A stretch of 61,509 nucleotides of DNA, the filler included, from Choristocarpus tenellus KU-1152 (taxonomy: Eukaryota > Protista > Phaeophyceae): assembly GCA_964200185.2 (NCBI GenBank). It is 14 parts of 14 records of this genome, joined end to end, with 100 filler letters (N's around TTAATTAATTAA, not from the genome) between each part and the next. Parts side by side here need not be neighbours in the genome. Positions count along the whole stretch, not along the records: positions 35,394 to 37,984 come from CAXNAD020026472.1; positions 38,085 to 40,693 come from CAXNAD020026302.1; positions 40,794 to 44,132 come from CAXNAD020020711.1; positions 44,233 to 47,055 come from CAXNAD020024447.1; positions 47,156 to 50,139 come from CAXNAD020023157.1; 9 more parts are not named here. One strand, written 5' to 3'. Positions within the stretch are counted from its first letter, which is position 1. Every line of letters starts with the position of its first letter. This document shows, piece by piece, positions 36,200 to 48,363 of the stretch. The position numbers were made by a program, and so were the translations under genes. The notes under the pieces are model-generated. The model was not told the origin of the DNA. It worked only from the letters and a program-made list of their open reading frames with translations, and made no database searches.

Positions 36200-37400
36200 A
36201 GCTTCCTGAATGCCACTCTGTCATGAGAGATGATATGCCAGCAGCTACACACTTATAACATTCCTGTTGGTTAGTGACCCTGGTGCTCCAATCCCCAACC
36301 ACAATGCCCCTTTTCTCAAGTTCATCTTGGAGGCAAACCGATGACCACCTTTTCTCCTGTGTACCTTGTTTTCGTGTTCCAGTCTCAAGCTCCCTAAACA
36401 TCAACCCCTTGGAAAGTCACCCACCCCCCGTGTGTGCAACACCGACTCAGCAAGTACTACTCCCTGTTTGTGTGTGCAACGGTTGCCTCAATATTCTCAC
36501 TCACAGTCTTCACAAGAGTATATTTGTAGGATAGGACACGACCAATGCATTCCCATTTGCGGCCTCCAATACTCTTCCAATATATCGATACGTACCATGA
36601 CACAGGTTTTCCAGTTGTAAGCACAATGTGATCTATTTCAGTTCAAATGTTCATATTGAGTAGATTGCTACGTAAAATCACTTTATGCCAAATCCTGACA
36701 TCCACGTATGTGCCGTTGGTTTGGAGGGAAAATACAGCAGCACACGCCTATCTCTGACCAGGTAACTAGGCAATATCAACCTGCAGATGTGCATACATAT
36801 TACACCCTTCAGGGTGGGAGTCCTTTCACCATGAACAGGAACAAAATCTAGAACTTCTATGTCATAGTGGTGTTTATGAAACCGCCATCAAGACATATCG
36901 CCTGTGACCAGGTAACTAGGCAATATCAACCTGCAGGTGTGCATATATATTACACCCTGAGGGGTGGGAGTCCTTTCACCATCAACAGGAACATCCATGT
37001 GGATGCCATATATTCCGCACTAGGGCACACTGTCCAGCACGCGCAATGATCTATACCATGACAAGGGCCTCTTCCTGGATGCGACTTTTGCAGGAGTCCA
37101 AGCTGACCTGTCACCTCCAGGAATCTTCATCCAAAAGCAGCGCCATTGCTGCTGTCCCTGAGGTCCAGAGGCGAAACTACTATTAATTACGAGGTATCTT
37201 TTGACACCCTCACAGGTACTCCGAGTATAACTTCAATAACTTTGATCCAGGATTCCTGATAAGAACGCTCAAACGGTTTGGTGTGGTATGTGGTACATGC
37301 CAACAACGATATGACAACAGACAAGCCTCCTTTTCCACATCTTCCCCCTTCTCATGGACCTCGAACCCATGTACGCACGATTCAGAGTGAGCCAAAAGGT
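36200..37400 (-). mobile_element. Non-LTR (RTE/CR1-like) retrotransposon 3' remnant
   Basis: Degenerate C-terminal motifs GRKWECIGRVL (cf. RW.W.GHV.R) and RKQGTQEKRW...LEKRGI...DW; boundaries are approximate. Confidence 0.5.
36755..36993 (+). repeat. 89-bp direct duplication (36755-36843 / 36905-36993) separated by 61 bp
   Basis: tgaccaggtaactaggcaatatcaacctgcag...gggtgggagtcctttcaccat.aacaggaaca present twice. Confidence 0.9.
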
Positions 37401-39025
37401 GAGTAAAAAAAACTTTGAATTGTGTCAGCGGACACAAAAATTGGGTATGGTGTGTGCTGTGTAAACGTTTCTCTATACTTTTTTTTCCATACATTTTTAC
37501 TGTGTACATGTTCTTTTGGTATTTCATACGATATATGTAGACAATATAAACCATATCCTATATTCTTTTTAAAACACACATAAATATGCCATTATCATTT
37601 TATGACAAACTTTCTATGGTGCTACAGTAGTAGTTTCAGATATGGCTACTACTTGGAAGTATTGTTACAGGCGAATAGCGCGAGCGTTTCTTCTTGTATT
37701 CCAACGAAGTGCGAGCATTTATTACACGCGAATGGCGTGCGAGCACCTTCTCATGTTTTAGGAAATATGAACATTTGTGGCAGACATATAGTGTGAGGAT
37801 TGTTTCTCGAGTTCTGACAAGTACGAACTATATACGATATTAGTAACACATAGGGAGCCTTACAAAGTAAACGATGATTTCGTAGAAGATGCAGAGTAAG
37901 ATTCGGAATACCTACGTAACATTACAGAAGAAAATGTCAAAGTCACTAAGAAGTTGAAGAATAAAGGTTTATGATTGGAGTACCNNNNNNNNNNNNNNNN
38001 NNNNNNNNNNNNNNNNNNNNNNNNNNNNTTAATTAATTAANNNNNNNNNNNNNNNNNNNNNNNNNNNNNNNNNNNNNNNNNNNNCCTGAAAGACTTGAGT
38101 GTAGAAAAGGGCATGGTGGTGTTTCCTTCAATGCATCTATCCGTGAGGAACCTAGCAGATTTGTGAGAGAACAAGGATATATGAAGCAACAGTGGGGTCT
38201 GTGCAGATTTGATGAAGATTCACTTGTAGGTAACACATATGGAGAGAAGATGTGATGATTTGTATGTAGGGTTTGGTGGATTGTTATTTGACATTTTGGT
38301 GTTCTCGAAGGATTGATATTGAAGGAATTTATTGTGTTAGAACATTTGTTGCCAAATAATGACAAGATATTGTGTTTTCTCAGGCATTTGTTCCATTCAA
38401 GTAACATGGGCAATTTATTGTCTACCCACCTACAAGTAGTGTTCACACTTTTACACTCCAACCACATGACTTAACAACTCTAGCATGGTGGACCCTTTGA
38501 GGATTCCATCTCCTTTCTGTCCTGAATTGTTTTGGGAGCATTGCTTGAGGCTTGATCTCTGCCTCTTTCGTCCCCATTAATGTTAACTGCAGCTGCAAAA
38601 TTGTGATGGTTACAATCCAAGGACTCCTGGCTTTCATTATTTAAGGTGCTCAAGGTTGTAACTGGACCATTCAAAGCGCCATTGTGGACTGATGCGCAAA
38701 TGTCCTTTTGGAGATACATGGAGTTCTTGAACATTCATTTTAATAATCTATCACTCCAAGCCCACTTGTGACAAAGTCAACAGTAGTGGAGGCTAACTGA
38801 GGAATCCAAGTGCAGATCACAAGGTGGACGCAGTTATTCTGGCTGTACACTGGTGGTAGACAGCATTTTAAAGGTGATAAGAAGGGCCACCTGAGGTTGT
38901 AGTGTGGAGATCAAATGGATACTTCGACCTCAGGTCACCATCCCTGAAATTGACAGTGCTAAAATATGTGGCAACCCCATTAGAGGGACTATAGTTTTGA
39001 ATGGGGTAGGTTCCAATCCCAAGGC

Positions 39026-39402
39026 TTTGCAAAAGAGATTTACTCAAGTAGAGTATTTTGCTTTGTGTGCTATGGGTGTGTTTATTAGCGGAGTGAGCAC
39101 AGCCCTCGGTGGTGGGGGGGGGGGGTGNNNNNNNNNNGGTGCTCTCTCTTACTGTCTTATTGTTTATTGCGCATGTCAGCTGACATATCAAAACATGCTG
39201 TTAGAGCGTACCACGTCAGTAACTTTCTATCAGTCCAGTTATATTAAGTAGTAAGAAATCAACCATCTGATATTCGAACTCATTACTCTAATAACACGAA
39301 TCAAGTCTATGACACTTGTTCCACTTACTCAACATTCCTGTTGTCAATTAGTTGGTCACTAAACACCTATACACCATACAGACTATCAGCCTATATTGCA
39401 CA
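39026..39402 (-). mobile_element. Solo LTR of a copia family related to the element at 17133-19756, 5-bp TSD AAGGC
   Basis: aaggc|tttgcaaaagaga...gcctatattgcaca|aaggc; collinear with the LTR at 17133-17472 (shared tttattagcggagtgagca, taagaaatcaa, gcctatattgcaca). Confidence 0.9.
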
Positions 39403-40331
39403 AAGGCTAATTTGACTGTCCTTCCTGCTTGCTGATTCTGGGAGATGTCTCTCCTGTGACACATCTCATATAATGATTTTCAGCGAAGATCTTTCCCGGT
39501 TTCTGAATCCAACGACATCACCAGTTTCAAGTCTCTGTCTCAGATCACTATGAGCAACGATGGTCTCCATGATACCCTCCTTAGTGATTCTTGTTTCGTT
39601 TTTCTTTGGGATCATTATTAAAGGATTCTCATTGGTTGAGTTGCGTTGTGAACTGGTCCAATTCATGTGTCAGACTTGAACTGGACTTGTTTGGTTTCTT
39701 TTCTGTTCAGGTTTGTCCACACGCACCTTGCCTGTTCAGTTGCGCACAATGTCTTGAAATGTGCCTTGACCGTTCAGGTTGGCAATTTCACTTTTCTCCT
39801 CCACCTTGGATAATGTTCCTGTCTACCTCACCACTGTTCCATCAACACAACCTGGTGGCTGTTGTCAGCACCCACAACCAGAGATCTGACCGATTAATTC
39901 AAAGCAAAATAATGATTTGCCCTTGTGAGCACACAAGTTGAACAAATCACAGCGTGTTCATTTGTCCAGCTCTGCTTACCTCTTGATAAGGTTTCCATTT
40001 CATGCTGTAACTTGAAACCAGATTTATCAGAAAATATACTCGGATCATTAACTTTAAAATGTCTTCTATTTTTGCTCTGTGATGATACTAACTCAAAATT
40101 GTAGTCATAATTATTATTTTCAAGCTCAGTAAATTTAAGCACTTTTTTGTTATTGATAATATATTTGATTTCAGTAACATTTCATTATACTATCAAAAGA
40201 TTTGCCCCACACCACTTTCATAAATATTAATGGGTACAAGTGATTTTATCCGCAAATGAAAGAGTAATCTCCTGAATCTTTCATTTGTGCGGATGTGCCC
40301 AACGTGCATATCCTGTCCCTCTCCCCCCTAC

Positions 40332-40459
40332 CGCGTGCATAGCTAGCTCATCCAGAAAACTTTCCACCGCAAAGGTGTTGAGGGGTGTAAGTATGAGGGT
40401 CAAAAGAGCCACCTTCGTGGGTGCGCTTTCGCTCAGTTGCAGTAGCAGCTCTACCATTG
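40332..40459 (-). CDS. Putative internal exon, Leu-rich helical (ARM/HEAT-like) protein
   Basis: ccaccag|CA ATG...GCG|gtaggg; MVELLLQLSESAPTKVALLTLILTPLNTFAVESFLDELAMHA. Confidence 0.4.
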
Positions 40460-41718
40460 CTGGTGGATGAGTGGGAAAGATGGGAGGTTGCCTGCACTTC
40501 TGCAAACGTATCATCTAGCAGGAGGCCATTGTCCCGGTAGGGGGCTGAAGTCCTTGTAAAAACCATGTCCGGCGTAGGTCGCTGCCCAAGTTTGATCGGT
40601 GTGGCGAAACCGAAAAAAAAAAAAAACTCAAGACTTCCAGACATTTTTCAAGGGCTGGGGGAGAAGGTTTGGGGGGGCACGCGCACGTAACTTNNNNNNN
40701 NNNNNNNNNNNNNNNNNNNNNNNNNNNNNNNNNNNNNTTAATTAATTAANNNNNNNNNNNNNNNNNNNNNNNNNNNNNNNNNNNNNNNNNNNNCCCCATT
40801 TTTTGTTGGGTTTGTTTGAGTGTCGAATAGGCGTGGAGGATGTCAAAGTACGACATATTTGAGTTTTCAGGAGGCGCTGTCCTTAGGGACTTGGTCTTCT
40901 TTCCTGTATCGTTTTTCCGGCATGCCAACCTCTAGACATAGGATGTTAAATCGACTCCTTCAACTCCAGCACTGTCTAAGAAGGGAAGAAAATACAGCTC
41001 AAGATTGCACAGTCTGCTGATTTGGAAAGAGAATCGATATTACTTCCAACCATAAATTAATGGTTTGATGCATTGGTATGATGGTAAGAGGCATATTGGA
41101 GATGTTTACTGGAAGGCACTTCTTAAATATTGCCCTAGGAATTTTCGCGGACACACTGTTCTGCTGTTAAACTGCAAATCTCCTCACACCCCTCGGACTA
41201 AGCCTGTAGGTGTCCTGAGTAATTTGAGTTGATCTTTTGAGTTGTTGGTGCGATTTTTTGGCAAATGAGAGATTGAGGGTTTTTAATGAATCTTGGGAAA
41301 GCATTGCTAACTGGTTGTCACTTTTCAAGTGCTTGAGATGCCTCTATTTTTAGGACTGTGATGATACACATAGGATTGGTTTTTGTAATGCTGCATGTGT
41401 TCCTTGCTATCCCGATACCCGAATCTACCATCATTCACCCATCCTCTATCCATCGAAAACTAAATCAACAAAGCAATGAATGATCATTGTGTGATTGAAA
41501 TCGGACAGAGATGTTGTTGGTGTAACATTTAGCACTGAATCTGTGGTAATTATGTAGTGCGGTAGATGTTACTTTTTATTTTCACACTTCTTATCCTCGC
41601 ATGTGTCTGTACATACATACAATAGCTTGAGCACCCTGCTCCTTCCCCCTCACCCACCCCCTTACTTCCACCTGGATGTGGCGTAAACTGAAATCGTCTA
41701 TGTGTCTGTCACCTTCAG

Positions 41719-41907
41719 ATGAAAGCAGATGACTTGGAGTGGTATCTGGCTTCCCAGGGTGTTGTTGACACGGAGTTGGAGGAGAACCCCAGGCGTACCC
41801 GTGGTGCTAATGCTATTCGGGTTCGGCGGGGAAGGGGGGTGGTGGGACGAGAACAAGGGCAGGGGAGGGGGGATTATTCTGATGACGATGATTGTGACAG
41901 CACCTAA
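41719..41907 (+). CDS. PDCL3: Terminal exon of a phosducin-like protein (PhLP2/PDCL3 family)
   Basis: Acceptor caccttcag|; MKADDLEWYLASQGVVDTELEENP matches the PhLP2 C-terminal motif LEW.L...G...T.LEE.P, followed by an acidic SDDDD tail and stop. Confidence 0.8.
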   Translation: MKADDLEWYLASQGVVDTELEENPRRTRGANAIRVRRGRGVVGREQGQGRGDYSDDDDCDST

Positions 41908-43203
41908 TTGTATGTTAACATGGTTGCCCTTTGTTTCCCACTCCGATAATGACAGGGGGATTTAAATTTCTTCGTATGCTCAGAAACTTCCACTCTGCCC
42001 TCTCCACTAGGGCAAAGGATATGTAAGAGATGGGTTTGAGAATATAATTGGCATCGAGAGGTGGCAATGCAGTACTCCTCTCTTCTACCAACGGGGTGAA
42101 GACAATTGTTACTTTACCGAATTTTTTGAAGGTTCACTGCATGAGACACCACATCGTGATGGACTTCTGGACTGTAATTTCCCGCTTGCTGCACTCTACC
42201 TGTACATCCTACAACTGACTGTCAAAGATCATCCAGTTCAACAACCCTCTATCAATTACGCATGTGAGGATGAAGGCCACCCTGTATCCTCAGTCATGCA
42301 GTCTACCTTCTCTCACTTGCATCATCTATCGTCCCAAAAATCCATCCTTACATACCACATCCGTTAATAGTACTAGGAAGCACATTCCTAGCCTGTGTTG
42401 AACTCAGCATCCATATCTGATTCAAAACCGCAACATCGATATCTCAACCTCAACCTTTGAGCCCTCCAACCTGCTTTATTGCATGATTTTGTGATGGTGT
42501 CTAATTTTGTGACCCCATCAAGATTGTTTCCCCATCTCCGTGTGGAATGTGGGCCAACAATCTCTAGATTCGTTTTCACTTAATTGCAACAGAAATACTA
42601 TACACCATACACAATGCTATTCATCACCCTCCCCATCTACATATAGCCAGCACAAGCATTGGCAGCTGCCTCATATGATGCACAGAGTACAGTCAACGGT
42701 ATGTGTGTCACAAAGTGAGTCTAACAGAGTGTGCACACCCTTGTATAAGTTGAGGTGCAATTCTCGCTCCAACTCCAGATATTTGACTCTAGTTCTAGAG
42801 AAGCCACGCACCTCACACGAGAGAGAATGCATGTGGTGAATCACACTGTTGGACGATGTTCAGATTGCGTTCAAAGTACAAATTTGTTCCAGACTAGATT
42901 TGCAACTCCGCTGTATCTAGCAAGAGGGACGTAAAAAAAGGAGTGTATCCGGCTGTCTAAAGTCGGATTTACACAAATACACAATGGGTATATGATAAAA
43001 AGAGTCGTTATCTGTACGGAATGACCAAGCAATATGTGTGCTATATGAAGCGACATGGAAAATCATACCCCTTGTGATCTGGAATGTTGGGGTATATACC
43101 CCATGCCATCTGCTTCTATTGTGAGGTAACCTTTTTGCCTTTGGGAGGCATGTATGATGTATACCCCTTTGTGATCTCTCATAATACCCATTTTGGGTGC
43201 TCC

Positions 43204-44132
43204 CTAAGGACCCTCTAGGAATATATATGCAGAGGCCCCTCTACCCTGCCCCGTACCGATGTTCTCCTTATCGTAATCGTCCTTATCTTCCTTCTGCTGC
43301 TCCTCGTCCTCCTCCTCCTCTTCATCTTCCTCCTCGTCCTCCTCCTTGTCGTCACTGGCATTGTCTTCCCTTTCGTCCCCACTCCCCCCCCCTCTCCTCT
43401 CCACGTCTCTTCAATGTAGTGTTCTGTCCCTCTCTCACAAAACCCCTCCTTTCCCTCGCCTCGATAGCAGACCTTATAACTATCAAGACCTTGGTAGGAA
43501 TCTTCTTGCCGTTCCCAACAAGTTTCTCCCAAGTACAAACAATACCCGCCACGGGTTCCCAGCTAACGTCTTTATCTCGCTTCGGTTTCCCACCTCGCCC
43601 GGATCTATCACCAGTGTGCACCCAGCCTTCTATGAAATGACTTTTGCCATATTTGTCAAGGGTTAGGGTCGTGGTGTTGTCACGTGTGTGATCACTGGTC
43701 GGCCGAACCCAGTGAATATCCACCCCACGCTCCCCGTCCTCGCCGACGTGCTCCGCTAGGATCTTGCTGACCAAGAACGGCGCCTCCGTTGCCACAAAAA
43801 AGGCAAACCTGCCTTCCTGCGCTGAGACTAGGTTTCCATGGTTCCCCGATGTCAAGGTAGCACGAGGCCAACCCCGTCGACGGGAGCCAGGTTCTTGCTT
43901 GTCACTGTACGATGAGGAAGAGTGTGTATCCTCAAGCCTGCCGGGATCATTGTAACTATCAACGAGATTATCCCCCCTACCCAAACGTTCGCCCTGGTCG
44001 TTGTCTTCGACGTCGCCGGTGCTAGTTCCAGCCCCATCGTCATCGGTGGGAAGCCAATGGACTGGGAGGTCGAAATCTCGTTCCCCTGTCTTTTTGAGAA
44101 GCCGCACAGACTCGCTTTGCTCGTGTTTCGCT
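43204..44132 (-). CDS. 3' part of an intronless, GC-rich orphan ORF, probably transposon-borne, with a frameshifted acidic tail
   Basis: At least 251 open codons running from the gap, with a globular-looking segment (FAFFVA...FLVSKI...VDIHWVRP...YGKSHF...SWEP...KIPTKVL); the E/D-rich tail is in another frame (43204-43404). Confidence 0.5.
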
Positions 44133-44232
44133 NNNNNNNNNNNNNNNNNNNNNNNNNNNNNNNNNNNNNNNNNNNNTTAATTAATTAANNNNNNNNNNNN
44201 NNNNNNNNNNNNNNNNNNNNNNNNNNNNNNNN

Positions 44233-44294
44233 CCACAACATTGTATTTTGACCCCCAAATGGACGCGACTCTACCCTCTAAGATACTTTGGCTC
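44233..44294 (-). mobile_element. MITE family A end at contig start
   Basis: ccccaaatggacgcgactctaccctctaagatactttggctc. Confidence 0.85.
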
Positions 44295-44559
44295 TACATA
44301 ATAACTGGGAAAAGGGACCTATCCATACCATCTATTTGTTGTGAGGTATATCCAGTTCTTGGTCAGTGTAACCCCATAAACTTTAGACACTCACACGCAC
44401 CTCTCCAGAGACAACAAATACAATAAGATACGAGGCACTGTTTACTAGGACACAGTGCAACTACCTGCTACCAAGAATTGATCGAGAGTTGAGAACTGAG
44501 TAGCGTTCAGAGCCTGAACATTGTGAGATCAGTCAGCCCTTTACCCGAAAAAAATGTGT

Positions 44560-45300
44560 AACGCTGTGAACAATATTCAAGTCAATATCTACAAATTGCG
44601 GAGAAGAGGGCTGGTAATATACGCCAGAGGTGGGACGTTCTTGCCACCATCAATACATGTCATTTTCGGATGATGCTTTGAGAACCTCGTCAATGCTCAC
44701 CACCCTCAGATAGTCTATCTCTCCCCTCCCGAACAATATCACCCCTTGAAGGATACTTGTTGCTGTGTATCCAGTGTGAATCCCATGCGTGCCAACCACT
44801 CCAAATCCTGATCATAGCATGTTTAAGGCATCCAGATTCGTCATTGCCAGGCAAGAGATGGTCTCTATCAATGGCATGTGGTTCTATTTTTTCCATATCT
44901 ATTCCTTCAACAAATTTAGGGGCAAAGTTTGCCTTAGACCGTTTAGAATTTTTGTAGAGGATCAATTGAAACAATTTGTCATTCCCGTTCCAGCTGTTTT
45001 CTTCATATATTTGTCACTAACAAATCTAGGTTCTGCTGAACCACCACATCCATGGTGAGAGAAATCATTACACACCCACATCAGGCCTGATGCTGAAGCA
45101 CACATATATGGAGCATCAACAAATGTGTTGCACAATTGTGAAGTGTTCCATTGTGGCACATGTCGCACCGACCACTCACAGGAAATTCGCCAAAATGGTC
45201 AGCAGTTGAAATCCAAGTCAAGAAGGAGGCTCAGGTGGCTGTCGAATGAGTACCGAGTTGTGGTGGACGGTGGAACTGCATCGCTCTATGAGAGCGACAA
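44560..45300 (-). mobile_element. Highly degenerate piggyBac-like transposase remnant
   Basis: VSIDE motif near 44690-44705 within frameshifted coding-like sequence; family assignment is inferred. Confidence 0.35.
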
Positions 45301-46175
45301 ATATCTGTAGACAATAACAGACTGATGGAATCGAGTTCACATGCCAAATACATCAGTACTGCTTTATGCAAGGTTGGATCCTTTCATACCCCATTTTTTT
45401 TGTTTCTTTTTTAAGGGGAGAGTCGAGGCTAGGGAACACTGGGTTGTACACTTTCGATGGAAAAATCGATTTAGTTGCAAGTAAGTTTACTCTGTTGTTG
45501 AAGCGCAAGTTTGGAGAGCAGGTTGTGGTCTCCCATGGTATACTCATGCATACGTTATATTGTACTATAGCTATGTGTACCCTCAGAAGACATGTATTGT
45601 CAGCCCAAGGTGATTTGTGTTTTCTTTGTAGTTGGTCTTGTCACTGTTGAATGTTGAAGCAAATATAACGTCAACTTTCACCTGTAAAATTGCAAGGACA
45701 TCAACAATGACATCTCTTCCGCTCTATTTCATGTTGTGTTCAACCGGGGGTTCTCTACCTACATTTAGGTACACTCTTGTGTGGTTCATTTGTGCTCCGG
45801 ACTCGCTGTACTCGTCACAGACACGTAATTTCACCTTGAAGTAACATTTCCTATTATTAGTAGTATTATATAAATTTTGCCAAAACTTTTTTTGAAGTGC
45901 CCAGATCGATACCCTATTCTAGAAGTGTAGTACTATTTCATTTTCACATCTTTTGCAAGGTTTACATTAGCATTTGTTCCTATCTGTGTTCGAGAACACG
46001 TTGTGGCACAGCTGTTATTTTGAATGCTCGGTCTACAGCAGTGTTTACTATACGATCACCTAAAAGTCCAAAAAGATGTAGGCATAACGCTTGGCCATGA
46101 TAGCTTAAGTTTCACTTTTCCCTCCTGATTAACACGCAACTAGCAACCAGCAGAATCTCTGCACGAAAGGAAAAG

Positions 46176-46434
46176 GAGTCAAAGTATCTTAGAGGGTAAA
46201 CCCGCGTCCATTTGAGGACCAAACTTCAATGTTGTGATTTTGATTAAATTTTGGCTATCATATTAATGAAAAATTGTCAATATTCTTGTTCTGGAAACAT
46301 CTTTTCATAACGTACACATTTTATCTACATCCAAAACATTTTGGAGTAAGAAAATGTCATTTAAAAAAACATGGGAAGCCAAGCCCCAAATGGACATACA
46401 GGGCAACCTCGTACCCTCTAAGATACTTTCACTC
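46176..46434 (+). mobile_element. MITE family A, full copy
   Basis: 23-bp TIR with 1 mismatch (gagtcaaagtatcttagagggta / taccctctaagatactttcactc), flanked by aaaag/aaaag. Confidence 0.92.
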
Positions 46435-46499
46435 AAAAGGGAGGCTAGTTTCAATGTACACTACAAGTTCCTCTATCCCTCTAGTCTTACTGAACACAC

Positions 46500-46957
46500 A
46501 CACGTAGACACAAAATGTAGAAAATCCGACCCCGAGGACATATTTTGCACAATGAACAGTCGCCACCCCCCAGATACTTTGACCCAGTATAGCTCTGATG
46601 AGATGCGAATATAGGGAGGTCTCAAACCAAAGGGAGCCTCGAGATATCCTCCAACATACACAGCTAATAGCCAGAAGGTTGGCGCAATGGCACCTTCTCA
46701 AGGGCACAACAACGCATTTTTCAATCACCTCTATCTCCGAGGGCAACAAGGCTTAAAAAATCGCACACAAAAATACATTCCATAACCCTATCGAAAGCTC
46801 TTCTTTGAAGACCCGTTAAAATGTGACTACAAGTACCACTGGGTCAAAGTATCTGGGGGGGGGGGTGCCGGCGTCCATTTTTCATCCTTTTTCGATTTTC
46901 ACTTTTTTGGTGTGATTTGGTCGCACTTGTCGGATTTGAAATGTCAGCAAAAAAAAG
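46500..46957. mobile_element. Two family C MITE ends (ending at 46585 and starting at 46841)
   Basis: ccccccagatactttgaccc at 46585 and gggtcaaagtatctgggggg at 46841; the latter is homologous to 8965-9079. Confidence 0.7.
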
Positions 46958-48363
46958 AATTATTTGAACATAACGGACGCCCTCTCACAAACCACTCCCC
47001 AAACATAACCACCCTCATCTAAACCCTGCACTGCGTGAGAAGCCTCCACAGCAAGNNNNNNNNNNNNNNNNNNNNNNNNNNNNNNNNNNNNNNNNNNNNT
47101 TAATTAATTAANNNNNNNNNNNNNNNNNNNNNNNNNNNNNNNNNNNNNNNNNNNNATGATTGTTTGAGAGTTAATACTTGTTTTCAGCAAGGGGAGGATG
47201 TCGAATAACCTAGTGTTATCCATACGTTGTTTGTGCTGACACAAGTATACAAGATAGGTTATACGTACGTTTATATTTGGTTAGGTATGATACAGAGTAC
47301 GTACGTATATAAAATATAATAAAAGTCAACATTAATCCACACATCAGTGATGATGGATGGTTGACAGGCAATTAATAATTCAGTGTGTGCTCTTTACCAT
47401 GTAATTCAACAGCTAGCTTCCGGCGACGAGCGTCATGTGCGTCAAGCTTCTCAACAAGGCACACCAAGGGGAGTGTGTTGCTTTGGTTATAGCTAAGGCT
47501 GTGGAAGATGCCTTGGCCCAGCAAGGAGGGCAGGCTGCGATAGGGTGACTGGAACAACAGGAACACTGGTTGCAATCACAACCCTTGCAGAGGAGCAGGG
47601 AGGGATTCGACGTACAGATGTTGAAACCTGAATCGAATGCATCGTACTTGTGAGAAGAATGCGAGACTACGAGCGATGAGCAATCATGGTGTTGCAAAGC
47701 ACCAATGAGTAAAATGTATAGTTTGTGTTGTGAATAGATGTGACTGTGCTGCAAAGCACCGATGTATTTATTCTCTTGTAACTGAGGTCATTAATCGCTC
47801 AGTCAAGGATGATGATGTGATGTTAATTCAGTATGCTTTGATGAGATACTCAACGAAAGAAGTCCATGGTCTGTGGAGAGGCTTACAAGTCACCTCGACT
47901 GGCAAGGGGTTTCTGTGTATGGTTTTGACTCTGAATATATATAACATCCAGGCATGCATCAGGTACACTTATTGCAGAGTGAGCTTGGTGGACTATGAGG
48001 GATCAATGGCAACCAAGAAAGAAATAAAGTACAAGTGTCATCTTCTGGTGATAAGAAGAAGAAAGAGAAAACAAAAAAAGGATAAACAGAACAAGAGAAC
48101 AAACTTCAATCAATATGTGATGCAACTCAAGTGACGCATACTATTCTTGTGTGTAGAATGCAGAGCGACTGTTCTGTACTGTGGTGTTCTGACGGTAATT
48201 GATAGGCGATGATGAACTAGTGACAGTAACAACGAGTGCGTAACAGATCAATCAACACTCAGTATTTACTGGTGTAACTGTATCGTATCAAGGAAAAACA
48301 GATGAGTAGCCTATTTTTTAACAACAAATTGGAGGTACCCGTGTAGAACGGTGAGACCGAAGA

